From Paragordius varius (Eukaryota; Animalia; Nematomorpha), in contig OZ176050.1 of the NCBI GenBank assembly GCA_964247055.1, positions 12,772,001 to 12,836,000 of the forward strand: a stretch of DNA of 64,000 nucleotides, read 5' to 3'. Positions 12,540 through 27,071 of this stretch are shown piece after piece. The stretch's first letter is position 1, and each line of letters starts with the position of its first letter. The notes below the pieces were generated by a model, which was not told the origin of the DNA, did no database searches, and was given only the letters and a program-made list of their open reading frames with translations. A program made the translations under genes and the position numbers.

Positions 12540-12810
12540 TTATATTCACCCTTGAACAATTCAAATTCACCCTCGAACAATTTAAATTCATCCTAAAATA
12601 AATTATATGTATTTTAAGATTAAAAATTACCTATATTTATTTATTTACTTTAAAAAATATATATTTTGTTTGTAATTAAAATAATACTAAAAAAATAATA
12701 AACTAAGCCATAAAGATATACTTCGTATTAATAATAAGTTATATTAGTCCGAAAACGCATAATTTATTTTTAGGGTGAATTTGAATTGTTCAAGGGTGAA
12801 TTTGAATTAT
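12540..12810. mobile_element. Foldback MITE family A copy abutting a family B MITE
   Basis: ATTCACCCTTGAACAATTCAAATTCACC ... GGGTGAATTTGAATTGTTCAAGGGTGAAT. Confidence 0.8.
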
Positions 12811-15204
12811 ACAGTAATAATAGAAATACGGCAGACACAATTTTTTGTTCAAAAGACAACTATACTTTTTTTAAACCTTAATTTATCCTATAAAAAAGAT
12901 TTAATTACAATCGTAAAATACAGAATTGTGTTAACAATTTACATCCTTATTTCACACTTTGTCATTTAAAACTATGAGTTCTATTAAAAATAAGATTTAA
13001 AAAGTATGGTTATATTTTAGATTTGCCTTTATATTTTTACATTTACAATTTTAGTTTTTACTGTAAAATAAGTTTTGTTTTAGATTTTAATCTCGAAGTA
13101 ATGAAAAAAACCAATGATATGTCTTTCCCGGTAATAATAAATAGGAAATCGTAAATTATGACAATTTTTGAGATGGACTCTATAAATATATTATATACTA
13201 TTTTCATCTTAATATATTATTTATTATGGAATGTTGCTTTATTAAAAACACCTCCAACAGGTAACATCTGAAAAAACTCCCAATTTAGTATCAATATAAA
13301 TTAGGGTATACAAACCCGTAATAGAAAAAGCATCAAATTAAAAAAAACGTATTTATTAACTATTCTTCTCTAAAAATTCAATCACCTTTTCAGAACCCTT
13401 GGATTAGCACCAGCTAACGTGTAAATCCAATATCATAAATTAAAATTTATGATTTTTTGCAAAATATTTTCTAATAAGTTATATAAAATCGCCAATATGA
13501 GCGATTTTGTCTTAATTTGGGAAAATGCTAAACTTATGCCAGAAAAATCATGACTTGTGATAATAATATATAAGAGTGTTTTAAAATTTGCTACCTTTTG
13601 AGGTAGTTTTGCTCAGAGCGATTTAAACTTATATGTATTAAAATGTATTTATAGTGTTGGGCCAATTAAAAAATAAGAATTATTTAGCTTTGGCGCATAT
13701 TTCATAATTATTTTTTTTAAAAAAAGTAAAATTGTAAAAAAATCCTCATCTCAAACTTTTTTCGCCGCCATTTTTTTCTTTAATTTTTTTTAAATCGCTA
13801 ATAAATAAGATAAACGTAGTTAAAAAATATAAATAATTAAATTATTTATTAATTTTAAAATCAGTTGCTTATTTCAATCGAGCTATCCCAAGTTTAGACT
13901 TTAGAAAAGAAACTGTAAAAAATAATGCTTGTTTTATCTAATGCAGGAAAATAATGTTTGATTAAATTTTATTAAAATAACTTTCAAAGTAGTTTTGATA
14001 AGATTGAGTCCTGGGAATCTTCACCCAATTGCAGGAAAAAGGTAAAAAGCATGAAATGTTAAGGGCGAATGATTATATCCATTCAAAAGTTTTAAGCTAT
14101 AATATTAGAAAAAATCTATAATATTTATAATTTAAAGATATTTACCATTGAGTTTGAATAACTTTAATAATGCATATAATCGTTGTTCTTCTTGGTACTT
14201 TATTTCAAAATTTTCTCTCAATTATCTATATAATTTACGTAAAATTTTAATTGTGTAGCAAAATTTCTTAATCATAACATATTGCCCACAAAAAATAACC
14301 TGTATTATATTTATAATATTCTGATAAAAAAATCTATCAGGATTATCATGAAGCTTTTGGTTTCGCCTCCTATATGTGATAAAAGAAACTTATTTACACT
14401 TTTTTGGTAAGTGCTCCATAGCAGAAAATGACAAAAATTGCTTAAATATATAATAAATCTTTTTTTGTGAAAGCGAATTTACCAAAAATATTAGTAAAAT
14501 ATATCAGAAACTACCTATAAAAGTAAAATAATATTTTCTGAAAAATATAATTTTTAGATGTAGGCTCCCGAATGATCAAAATTTTTCACTCTTCTAAAAT
14601 GGGCACATCTCTCAAAATCACGAAACTGATAATAATGTTAGATCTTATTGTGCGCTAATTATGCATTTATCACAAAAATGCAAATAATTTTTTTACTAAG
14701 CATTAGAAACACCATAATAATTTGATACATTTAATTAAAACATAGATTTCAGAACGCCCCGATATACGCTATATATAGTTTTTGAAACATTTTTAAAATG
14801 AGGCATTAAGATTTACCAAAATTTTTTCAAGATGTGCACAAAAGTTGCTGATTTTTAATATGGAACAGTTAACGTAAAACCAAAAGCACTGATTTGATAA
14901 CAATGTGACATCAGTGTGCTTTAATATAATCCCCGATTTTCTCTGGACCTTGCTAATCGATCCAACCGTTTTATATTAAATTAAAAAATATTTAGTTCTA
15001 TATGTTAAATAGTTTTTATGATTTTCTGTTAGTAATATTTGAATTTGGTTTCATACATATATATTAAAATATACATAAAATATAAATGTGTTTTCCATTA
15101 TATTATATATAATATTTTCAGTTTTACTCATATGTTGATATTCATGTCTCTTTTTCACATTGCGTCGTAAAGCGAGATGATGATTTAAATTTAAATCCCA
15201 GTTG

Positions 15205-16966
15205 ATGGATAATTTTGATTGGTTTAATACTTACACGAAAGGCTTTTTATGCGATGGTAGTGGAATTGAAATTCTAGATAGTCCGGATAGTTTTTATAAA
15301 CTTTTACAAGTATAATAATTTTTACTTAATTTAATAGGAAAAAGTTGTAACAGCCCAAAAACGAATTATATGGTCTTCACTTTATTTTGGTACTGGAAAA
15401 TTAGAAAAAGAATTAGTAATTTATTTAACTTATAAACACAGGCCGAACTTTTGATCGAAAAATGTCAAAGCGTGAAAGCCCAGCACATTAAAAATTTCAA
15501 TATGCTTTTCCTTCTCGATTATTTGCGAGGGTCTCGACCCGTCACAAACATTCATAAGCAAGTAAATGTGCAGAAAGATGATCCATCAACCTATCCCTTG
15601 TCCCCAGATATTAAACGTTTTACTCCAAGTTATTTGCGAAACAGCGAAGATTTACAAAAACAGATGCGGTACTCTTCGATCGTGGTCACTTTTCCAACTC
15701 TTTTAACAAATTCCACCATAACTAGTCGTGATTTATTGCTTCCGCTTATTAAACGCTATCCTGAAATGGCTAGTGTTTACCTGTACCAATCCCCAAAATT
15801 TAATTGTAAGATTTTAATGTTTAAATTTGCCAGATTTTATTTTTTTCCTTTTTAGATTTTATTTACGTAGTTTTAAAATTATTATCTCTAAATGCAAGAA
15901 TATTATAGGCATGAAATAGATGATACACTTAAATATTCGGGAAAAGTTACATGCAATATTAATTATACCTCATTATCTCTTTTGGTTTTTGGAAAACTCT
16001 TTATACATCTCTAAATAAATCCAAAATAAAATTTTTATCATCATTATTACATCTTTTTTTTGGATTCCTTTTTTTAAATTGGCAAAAGGTTTGTAAATGA
16101 TAGAGGATTAATATTTTGGCATATAATTTATTTTGTAGATGTATTAAACATCATTTAAAAACTCATCATAATAATTAGCTTAATGTTTTACATGCTGTTT
16201 TTATCGTTTTATTTTTTTCATAATAATAATAATATATTACATAATTTTTTTTATATTTATCTGAATTTCCTAATTTTTTTGATTTAATATAAAAAACTTT
16301 ATAAAAATATTGATTTAAATAAAGATAAGGTTAACCAGGTACTTATTTATCAAATTTTGACTGTTAACAGTGTTTTAAATATTTTTGGTTAAAACATAAT
16401 TTAATTTAGAAAATATATTTTAGTTTATATATATAGCCCAATAAATGTTATTATAAGGTTTCTCATTATTTTAAAATATATATTACAATTTACCATATCT
16501 AACAACACAGAAATAAATTATGTCTATTGGTATTATAATCAATTTCACAGTTATCTTTTTTTTGTTTTTCAATATAAAATCAATTACATATTGTTACCTT
16601 TCTTAACCTTGTAATTAGTATATTATATATTTGCATTATTAAACAACATAATTATAAATTCCATATTAATTTTTCAAATTACGACTGGTTGTGTTTATTA
16701 AAATTGTTTAATTTTATAATTTCTGGAAAATAAAATAATAAAAAATGGCTACCTTATAGGTTTATGCCGCATAATATTTAATTTTCAATAAATCAAATAT
16801 TTTAAAAATTTTATAAGCTTTCTAATGTACTATATTGAGATTGGGCCTATTTTTAGAGTTTTATTTTATATTTTTTATTTTTATGGAAATGAAAGGAAAA
16901 ACAAAAAAATAAAATCAATCATATATTATAAAAAAGATTTTTTTATAGGTTATTATTTTAAACATT

Positions 16967-17006
<40 letters not shown>

Positions 17007-17497
17007 CATTAATATTACCTTATAAATTATATATTAATATGGTACGGTACGACGCACACCTGATTTCATAAGGTGGTATTTAGTTGTTTTTAAAAATAGG
17101 TAATAAATAATACATAATAGATAAGCTTTTAAGCTAAATTTTATTATTTTATTTAAAAATAGTTTAAAAATCTTTAATCTTTTTTTCCAATATAAAAATT
17201 TATATATGGCGCATATTTTTATAAAATTTGTAAAGATTTAAAATATTAACTTTTTAAAAATCTAAAGATAAATTTTCATTTCGTTTATATTATCGATAAT
17301 CAGGAAACAGGTAAATATAGGAAAAATATTTAAGATAGAAAACACTTAAAAATTAATAAATTTAAAGTTAATATTGCTGTTTTAGCTGAGTCATAATATG
17401 ATGGCAAATTTATAATTATAATTGCCTTTTTAATTTCCCATTAGTAGATTAATAAATTTAATTTTAATTCTCATTATTGGGTAATATTTTTGAACCG

Positions 17498-17534
<37 letters not shown>

Positions 17535-20500
17535 ATAATTTTTTTGAAAAATTAGATACATTTGTTTCTAATAAATATTAAACAATGAATGTTTTCAGGT
17601 CAGTAGTTTAGTATGGCGCACTTGGATTAACAAAAAAAATGTAAAAAATATCCACGTTAAAAATTATAATAAAAGGGTGGGGTGGTGACCTTTGCCAATA
17701 TTTTTTTCGTTACAATAACGTATGGTATATAAATTAATCTGACCATAAAAGAAGTAAAAACTTGTTGTTAATTGAGAAATATGATATTTTTATACCAAAA
17801 GGCTATTCTAAACCACATCTTACTGTAAATTAAAATTGTCGAAAATATCGTTGTTTTTTTCCGATTTTACTTTAAAAGTAATGTTTGTTATACTATGTAT
17901 TAGGGTTTAAAAAATTGGTATACCCAGGATCAGTTAAGGAAATAGCGGGATTAAACCATGTCAAAGCTTACATATTTGACGATGACATCATTATATCTGG
18001 GTATTTAATTATTCATTCGATCATAATTTTTAAGTAATGTCTTTAATTCTTTATTTCATTACTTAAAATAATTTATATTTTAGATTAGTGTTAATTTGTT
18101 AATATATTCCTACATTAAATTTATTATCTAGAAGTTAATCATGTATTAATAAATGACCAGGTTATTGTGTTTTATTGATTTATAATTTAAAAGACAAATA
18201 GAAAAGACAAATTAATGTAAAATTGACTTCTCAATTATTATTTCAAAAATTACTTATTTCTAACATACAGTAAAAACTGAATTTAAACGGACAAAACGTA
18301 AAAATGTAAAGACAAATATATTTTTCTAAAAGACAACCATAGTTTTTCAAACCGAAATCAATCTAAATTAATCCTAGTAAATTACTTAATAATAAACCTA
18401 AAATATATAATTGATTATGTTACCAATATACATCTTTCATACCTTTGGAAATATAAAACAATGAGTTATTTATTAATTAATCAAGATTCAAAAAGGTATG
18501 GTTGTTTTTTACAAAAATTTGTCTTTATATGCTTACATTTTGTCCGTATATTTTCAATTTTTACTGTACTTATACATATGCATACATAGCGCCAATCTTA
18601 GTGAATCCTACTTTACAAACCGCCAAGATCGGTACATGTTAATCCGTTCCTGTGGTGCGCTGTGTGATCACATTGAAATATTTATTCGACTCCTTTGTAA
18701 GTATTCATCGTTTCGTTTATTACCTGATGACACGACGTTTGATATGCGGGCCCAAGCACGGAAAGATGGTCAACGAAAACGTCGAAAAACGCTAAGAGAT
18801 TTAACTGAAGATAATCATGAAAATGAGAGTGAAAATAGTGACAAGGAATTAACTTGTTCAAAGATGAGTATGGATAACGCTAAAAAGGAAAATGGAAATG
18901 GTGAAATATATTTGATTGCATACTTTTTATGCGCTGTAATATTTGTAGCTAGAGTATCTTAATATAACCTGGATTTAAATTTAGTTTGAGAATATCGTAG
19001 TTTTGGATAAAAAAACTTGGCTTTTAGAATCTAATAGATGAAATTGTGGGGAAGTCACCTTGCATATTTAAGCCGTTGGTTGTTTTTCGCTTCTTTATAA
19101 AATTTTTAATAATTAATCAAATGGTTTAGACATGGCAAATATATTGATAATTGTTTGATTTATAAGCTAATTGAGGCCAACAGATATTTTGCGTTTACTA
19201 TGACTAAAAAATACCCTTAGTTTCCCAATAAATTATACTATATAATCCATCTAATTTTAGCCTTTAACATAACCACTGAACTTTGTAAAATGTATTTTGC
19301 ATATATATAGTTTTAATTGAAAGTTTATGGGCTGAAAATGGATGTTAAAAAATTGAGTGTCAGCCGTTTCTAGATTCCCTTTTTAGCATAGTCATTACAA
19401 ATAGTTTCTTTTCAGGTTCGTAAAATATAAAATGGAGAGTTTTTCTATATTTTAACTCCAATCTACAAGTTACTAAAATTGTTAAAAAAATGGTTAATAT
19501 TTATTTAATTACCCTTGTTTATATATAAACATCGTTAATTTTTTTATATATCATTTTATGAAAGAGGCTATCAAAACTCCCTTATATCCAAATCGGACAA
19601 CGGATGATATTGATAACAAAAGAAGTGAACTTAACCGTTTATTTCGGCAAAAATATCAAGGGTACGTATCGCCATAAATTTTTATATAGTTAATAATGAT
19701 ATCCCTTATTTTTGTAAATTTTTTGAAATTCGCTGTATAAATAACTTATAGCAAATTTAATGCAGCAAAACATATATCATTTACAGTTTAAAGTCACCAT
19801 TAAACTATTCAAATTTAACCCTAAAATAAATTATGTTTTTCTACGATTAAAAACCTTATTTTTTAATATTTTTAAAATATGAAATTCTGTTTAAAATTAA
19901 TATAATGCTGAAAAAATAATAATGTCGTAAAAATATATTTCATATTGATAATGAGTTATATTAGTCCAAAAACACATAATTTATTTTTAGTTTGAAAATT
20001 TGAATTGTTCAAGTGTGAATTTATCGAGGTGAATTTGAATCGTAGGTATTATAATTTGATTTAGAACATATGATATTTAAAGTTTGATGTTATTCATTTA
20101 ATTATATGTCCATTTTTAACCTATTTTTTCTTTGTTTAAACACATATTTACCACTTAAAATTAACATTTATCTTAGTAAAAAATCGGAACTTTCTTTCAA
20201 ACTCCGTGAACATTTTGATGGCACACGGTTTGAACGTCAAATCCAATCCGAGATTGATGAGATGCGAAGACAAAACCGCAGGAAACGTCTTTCCAGCATT
20301 GATCTGAAAAAACGAAATAGGAGTCTTATAAATTTTTTTCGTGAAAGGTTTTTTTACCCTTTTTTGCTCAAAAGATAATAAATCTTATTGTTAAAATTCT
20401 TATCTATATTATATTGTAATTCTTATTATTTATTATGGTTTAAAGTTGCAAGTTACCGTAAACATAGTAGTTTGTAAGTATTTTGAAACGCTCCTCATAA

Positions 20501-23500
20501 AGCAAAAATAAATGTTATGAATTTATTTTTTAAATCTTTAAAATCATTATTTTTACATTATACTTTATTTTTTAGTTAATATTTTAATTTTATTTTTTAC
20601 GTTGGACTGTAGTAATCAAAAATTCACCCAATAAATTCATTTAATTTTAGCTGAATTATAATTGCAATAATAATAAAGTTTTATATTGCAAAAATTATTA
20701 TATACAAAATTTAATTCAAAAATCAATTTTAATAAGTTTTTATAGGAATATAGAGTGTTTTCATTAAAAATTATATTTTTTCATAAAGAAATCTTGGAGA
20801 TCGGGAACCATTGTTAGATAAATCTGAGGGGAAAAAACTGCCTGCTGACAACCAGCGTACACGACACAGTGCCATTGAAAATAAAAGTAACTCAGATATT
20901 ACAATCAGTGCGGCTTCCAAAATATTTCATAGCTTAAAAGGTTGAGATCAATTTTATATAGACTATATTCTTTTTTTAAAAAAATAACTAATACCTAAAT
21001 CAGGGGTGTCCAATACAAATGCCTTTGCAGGCTGCATTTGAAAAGATATATGTATAGATAAATATTTTATTAGATTTAAAGAAAACTAACAAAGATATAC
21101 GAAGACAAAAAAACTCTTTTTTTAACATTTTTTGATAGTTTGTAGCTAAAATTCGGTAAGACATTTATAGAAAATTTGTTGAAGGATCAATTTGGTTTAG
21201 AACAGCAGTTCTCAATGTAAGCGTCGCGAAATATTTGGACAGTTTAATTTAAAAATAAAACTAGAAACAAATGCAAAGATTTCGGGTGCGTATTATTGAG
21301 ATCTATCACTGATATGGAAAAGATATATCAAAAAATAGAGATATGAAGATCTTATTGATTGGGATTTTTATTATTTTACAATATATATTTAACATTTTTG
21401 TCTTGGATTTGTTTGAGAGGCGGGCGCAAGAATTTTTGTTTTCATTTTAGTGGGACGTGAACAAAAAAAGTGGGAACCACTGATTTAGAAAATATTTTTG
21501 CAAATTATGGAATTTTCTTTATATATCTATGATATTTGAATTCGCGGGCTAACATATTATTATGGAGAGAAGCATGTTGAACACCCCTGAAGTTTGTTGG
21601 CCCATACAAATATAAATTGGATGTATTTGGATTTATTAATAGTATCTAAATTAATTACGATAAATTACGATATTTAGAGTTTCTTTTCAAAGTTTTTGCT
21701 AGTAATCGGTAAAATTGCAACTTTAAAAATGATTAATGCACATTCAAATTTATGAGAATGAAGAATAAGTATATTATTAAAATTCATATAAATTTGATTA
21801 AATAATTTTTTTATAATATTATAAATTCACAATATATATATATATAGTAAAACCTTCAACTAAAATTACTAACCCCTTTTCAAATAACAACAATACTAAG
21901 GAAAAAACTAATGATACTAACAATACTCCATACAAATTTGCCAAAGTTAACCATTCTCCTCTGAACGCTACATCATTAGAAACACGTATATACCTTATAT
22001 ATATATTTGTGTTGAATTTGTATGTTATATTAGTTTACATAATTAAAAAATATATCACTAAGTAATCGCAAAAATTGTTTGTATTATACTATCTCAGCTC
22101 AATAACTTAATATTTATTAAAAAAATTTTTCAATAAAATATATTTGAAGGGTCTTTTATTTTGAAATTTGAGTGTAGATTAAATTTTATATGGCTGCATT
22201 ACAGTAAAATACAATTTTGGGTATATAATACGAAATTGATAGTCAAATAGTTTAGTTTTACTGTAAGATACCAACCCGCTTTAACCTGAGATTACTATTA
22301 AATAGAGGTTTCTTTTTATATAATTATTTGCATTTACAATTTAATTTTACATTATTTCACGGAATTTTTATAATAAATTTGTAATTATCTCAATTTACAT
22401 TATAAATATCCATATTATACAGATTCATCACCCCATAAACCAAAATTAGATACCATAATATATCCATTGATTCAAGCTAAACCGCATGGAAATATTGTAA
22501 CGGATTATTTAGCCATGAGCCAATTATTACGATCTATTCAAGCAGGAAGCAGGGTTTGGATTGCAACTGGTTATTTCAACTTGGTCCCTAGTTATGAAGA
22601 TATTTTACTCAATAGGTACTTTGCTTGCTTTAAATATTTCACTAATTTGCAAACGTTAAATTTTGATTTTATACGGGATGGATGTGTTGCTATATATATA
22701 TATATAGTCGAGATCAACTTTTTGCAATATTATTATAAATAAACCTGCGGTTTTTAGTAGTTATTGTTCAATTCTGTCAAAGTTGCATATTTATATTATA
22801 TAAGTAAGTTATTTGAGATAATTTTTATGTATAAAAAAAATAAATTTGCCCTTGAATGCATAAATGTAACGAGTTTCTAAAATAAGAGATGAAAAATATA
22901 ATATATATATATTTTATTTAATCGCATTGGTTAAATTTTCTACTATACAAGAATTCCCTGTTTTTAGCAAGTTTGAAAATTAATATCACCAAAATTTAGA
23001 GAAAAGTGAATATACATGAGGAAAGAGAAAATATATTAATTGTTAAATTTTGTTTTGAAAATTCAATTTTAAAAATTTAAGTTATTATGTTTATAAATAA
23101 TTTCTATTTAGTCGAAATATTTATATGTTATATAACTAAATTATTTGATTTGAAAACCATTTATAGAGATGCCGAAACTGATAATATTGAGTCCACATTA
23201 TTAAGCAAAACTAATTGTTTTACCCACAAAATTCTGTCCATTTTCTCTACTAGTCGAAAACAAGGCTTAAATCTTTTTTCTCCAATCAAGTTTATAATTA
23301 TATTTTTATGTAGATTTTACAAATTGCTTTTATTTATATAATTAAAATTATTTAATCTACAAGTTATACGATGATATATAAATATTAAAATATAACTAAC
23401 TTTTATTAAGCATGAGTCGTGAATTTATTTTAATTCAGACTCTTTTAAGATAATTTTTGTTGCATTTTTAAATATATATATATATATATATAGAATATCC

Positions 23501-26500
23501 CAAATCAAATATAGATAAATAATGATTTTATAGCTTTTTAAAAAATCATTATTTTATAAAAATACCCTAAATTATTTTTTACACATTTCAGGACATTTAT
23601 TTGTTAATCATTAATTATATGTATTTTATGTTTCCTAGATCATCTTTTGGTATGGATTATAAAGCACTGTATGCTACGAACATTCTTTTAGCGTCCCCTG
23701 AAGTAATTTATATATAAAATGTTTAAAATGTAAAAATAATTTATAAAATTTGTTAAACCAAAAAATATATAATTATATTTATCTAATACATATTTCTTTT
23801 TTTGCTCACCTTTACTCCTTAAAATTTTTTCAAAAACAAATAACAATAACTAATATATCAATTCGACACATAAAAGCAGATTATTTTAGATAGATTTCCT
23901 ATTTTTTACCTCTTTTTTGAATTTGACTTATATAAAACATTTACGAAGTATAAATTTTACTGTGTTGCCAATTTTCAACCATAATCCTTATTTTGTTCAT
24001 AAACAAAATATTAGATTTTATCAAAAATTCAATGATAAAAAATAGCTTTTTGCCTTTTATGTTTAAAACCCATGCAATTTAATTTTAATAATGTATATAT
24101 ATAAAGGCTAATGGATTCTTTGGTGGTCGAGGTTTCAAGAAATACGTTCCCTTCATATACCTGTATGCAGCAAAACTATTTTATGATAAAATCCGAGCCT
24201 ACACATCCACCCATTATCTCAATTATTACAATGCAACCTCATATGCCTCCTTGCCTAGTCAACAGCAATTACAGTAAAATATTTTAAAAATTCTCAAAAT
24301 CTAAAGAAAAAATATTTTTTGCCATAAAGGTGACCATATTTTCAACCATGATTTGTTTTAAACTTAATCTTTATGATAACAATTATGTAATACATATTAA
24401 ATAATTAAGGTTAAAGAATATGGTTGTCTCTTTATAAAAAATGCTTATCTTTTAATTTTCATCATTTATCTTTTTTTACCGACTGCACTTTAGTAAAGAT
24501 AATATATCACCATCAAATCCGTTTGGCGTTGGAACGGCCCTTTCAAACACCTCTCCTTCCAAAAATCCGATCAGCAAAGGATCTACCCGATTTAAATTTC
24601 CTGGGGGCGTAACGAATGTCGAACATAAAAGTAGTAATTCTTAGTTTTTGAAATTGCAAAAAACTTTAAATTGTTTTTGATTTTTAAAATATTTGTCTTT
24701 AATCATATTTTAGTAAAGCTAGCTTATGCGCAATATATGATGACATATTACTTAAGTTTATAATGTTAATTAGTAAGGAGTTATATATTTTATCCTATGA
24801 AATATGGTTTTGGAAAAATTTTTAAAACTGCTTTTTACTTCTTTTTAGGAAATTTTAATAATAGTTTTAAAATCTAGTTTATGTATTTATGAAATTAAAG
24901 GTGTGTCATCGAAATACTGTATACATTTATATAAAACAAGCTTATACGGTTAATAAGTAAATAGTAGTACAGTATTATAATGAATAGGGTTTACAAAGTT
25001 TTACTTATTTAAATAACTTCTAATCATATTTTTAAAGCTAGTCTTTATATAATTACATTAATGGTGTCGAAAAATCGTATATTGTTTTAATTATATGATT
25101 TAAATTACATTTTTCTAAAAACCGCTACACATTAAAAAAATAAAATGTTACCTTTTTATGCATACATATAATGTATTAGCTAATAAACCGGCAAAATGGC
25201 GCTTAGGATCTTCAACAAACCAATCACCAAAATCCCCTTCAAATTATATTGAGAGCGATTATGATTTATCTTTACATAAGGACGACCTTTCTTCTAACAA
25301 TAATCCATTGAACGATGATTTTGAATCATCAGAAATACGAAAAACCACTCAACATCAACAGGTAATACAGTAAAAATTATTTAAATTTTATAAGCAAAAC
25401 GGAAAAACTAAAACTTAATAGACAAATATAGTTTTTAATCCTTGACAGTTTTTCCATATAACCTAAATTACATCATTACGATTGTGATACATATTTAAGT
25501 GTTTTAATTTTTAAGATCCCTATTTCTTATTATTCAATAATTGGTCATAATAATTATAACCAAGGTTGAAAAAATATGATTGTCTTTATAAATCAAACTT
25601 TTTTATAATTTATATGTTGAACACAGCCAAATTTATCGCCTAAACCAGCTTCAAATATTTCAAATTTAACAAGTTCGACAACAAATTCATCAACTCAAAT
25701 AAAACTTTGGGAATATACGAAATTGCATTGGACGTATCATGCTAAAGGTTTATGGCTTTATGAACCGTTGGAAAGGTACCCTTGTTTCACTCTAGTGGGT
25801 TCATCTAATTTTGGTAATCATTTTTTATTATATACTTTTGAAGTTTTAGTTATTTGTTTTATCTTCTTATTTAGCTATTTAGCTGGAAATTCTGATTGGT
25901 TTTATGTTTCATGTTAGATAAAGTTTACTCATAATCAACCAAAAACCACGTTTAAATAAATTCGATTATTTGTGAATAATACACATTGATTTTATCGAAA
26001 TTAGTTATTGGAAATGGTTAAAAGTAATTATATGTACTTTGCTTTATATGAATAAATATTTGAACAAAAACCTGATAAAAAGTTTCTTTTAAGATCTTTC
26101 GGCAAAAAATTTTCTTATACCAGATATTTTATTCAATTTTATATATATATTCCAAAAATCTGGATTACAAAAAATTATAAAGAGAATTTACTTGAAATAG
26201 GTATTTTTAATTGTTTTTGTTCTCCTGCTTAGTCATATCTCTTGAGAATTGATTTATGTTAAAATTTCTTGGACCATTTTTGCTCAAAAACTTATTTATT
26301 GATTAAAAATTATCTTTTTTTGCTATAGTGCCAAATACTACTTTCATTTTTATAATTTGGAGCAAAAAAATAAATTTTTAACTTTTATTTGACAATAAGA
26401 AGTCTTTTCGATAAATTATGTCATAAATTTTATGTGAAAATTTTAATTTTAAAAATTTTAATGGCATGTTCATTCGCGATCATTGAACTATGATAAAAAT

Positions 26501-27071
26501 AATTAATGATTAACTTTTTTTTTCCAAAATTTAATATAATTTATTCAAAAAATAAATATTATAACTTTTAAATTATTTTTTTAGGTTATCGTTCCGTCCA
26601 TCGTGATATCGAACTCCAATTTGCCATATTTACTAAAAACGGCCAATTTAAGCAAAAACTACATAAGGTAACCTATTTTGTACTTTTTAGTAACAAAATA
26701 AGGGCAATTTAACATAATTTTATATTATTATAAAGTTTTATATGTACTTTGGTACAAGGTTTAGCAAAATTACTAAGTTCTAGATAGGGTATTTAAGGAT
26801 TATCGTTATAAAATATATTGAATTAATTTTTTTTTAAAATTTTTTGCGATTATTATATAATAATTAATTCCATTCATATATACCAAAAAAATGTTTTTAC
26901 CTTATAAACCTATTTTTTTATTTAAATAATTGATTTTATTTTAATATTTAGGAACTTGACGGGATAGTTGCCTATACTAACGAAGTGAATGAAGTTAGTT
27001 TTAGCGGAACTGATCGACACATTCTATGGTGGGTCAAAATACTTTATCACATACTCAAATCTTATTTTTAA
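15205..27071 (+). CDS. PGS1: Mitochondrial CDP-diacylglycerol--glycerol-3-phosphate 3-phosphatidyltransferase (PGS1, PLD/HKD family), ~17 exons
   Basis: Exons ~15205-15309, 15338-15415, 15442-15805, 17904-18000, 18590-18900, 19565-19661, 20177-20347, 20789-20940, 21848-21985, 22423-22615, 23639-23702, 24107-24273, 24494-24630, 25180-25361, 25627-25813, 26585-26667 and 26952-27071. Motifs: SSLYFGTG, LLDYLRGSR, HVKAYIFD (HKD1), SGANLSESYFTNRQDRY, ATGYFNL, LASPEANGFFG, WTYHAKGLW (HKD2), VGSSNFGYRSVHRD, and a C-terminal WWVKIL..KSYF*. Confidence 0.95.
15310..15337 (+). other. 28-nt GT-AG micro-intron (PGS1 intron 1)
   Basis: GTATAATAATTTTTACTTAATTTAATAG. Removing it joins FYKLLQ|EKVVTAQKRI collinearly with PGS1 orthologues; retaining it gives an immediate TAA. 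Confidence 0.9.
15416..15441 (+). other. 26-nt GT-AG micro-intron (PGS1 intron 2)
   Basis: GTAATTTATTTAACTTATAAACACAG. Removing it joins LEKEL|AELLIEKC; retaining it frameshifts into TGA. Confidence 0.9.
18268..18566. mobile_element. Tc1-like MITE family B copy (best preserved)
   Basis: TA|CAGTAAAAACTGAA...TTCAATTTTTACTG|TA; ends ~22 nt upstream of a PGS1 acceptor. Confidence 0.85.
19780..20047. mobile_element. Foldback MITE family A copy (degenerate)
   Basis: CATTTACAGTTTAAAGTCACC ... GTGAATTTGAATCGTAGGTA. Confidence 0.7.
21001..21589. mobile_element. hAT-like MITE family C copy with a nested insertion
   Basis: TIR CAGGGGTGTCCAA/TTGAACACCCCTG; interrupted by the element at 21203-21482. 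Confidence 0.75.
21203..21482. mobile_element. Nested hAT-like MITE
   Basis: Ends CAGCAGTTCTCAA/TGGGAACCACTG with 8-bp TSD GTTTAGAA/ATTTAGAA. Confidence 0.8.

Noticed and set aside
12775-12969. Recurrent ORFs starting [11 protein letters not shown] (also 41599 and 54938)
   Set aside because: They are translations of the right arm of MITE family A, not a gene family.
15225-15240. Minus-strand GTAAGT donor as a 5'UTR exon of the orphan gene
   Set aside because: It falls inside the PGS1 coding exon on the opposite strand and is probably coincidental.
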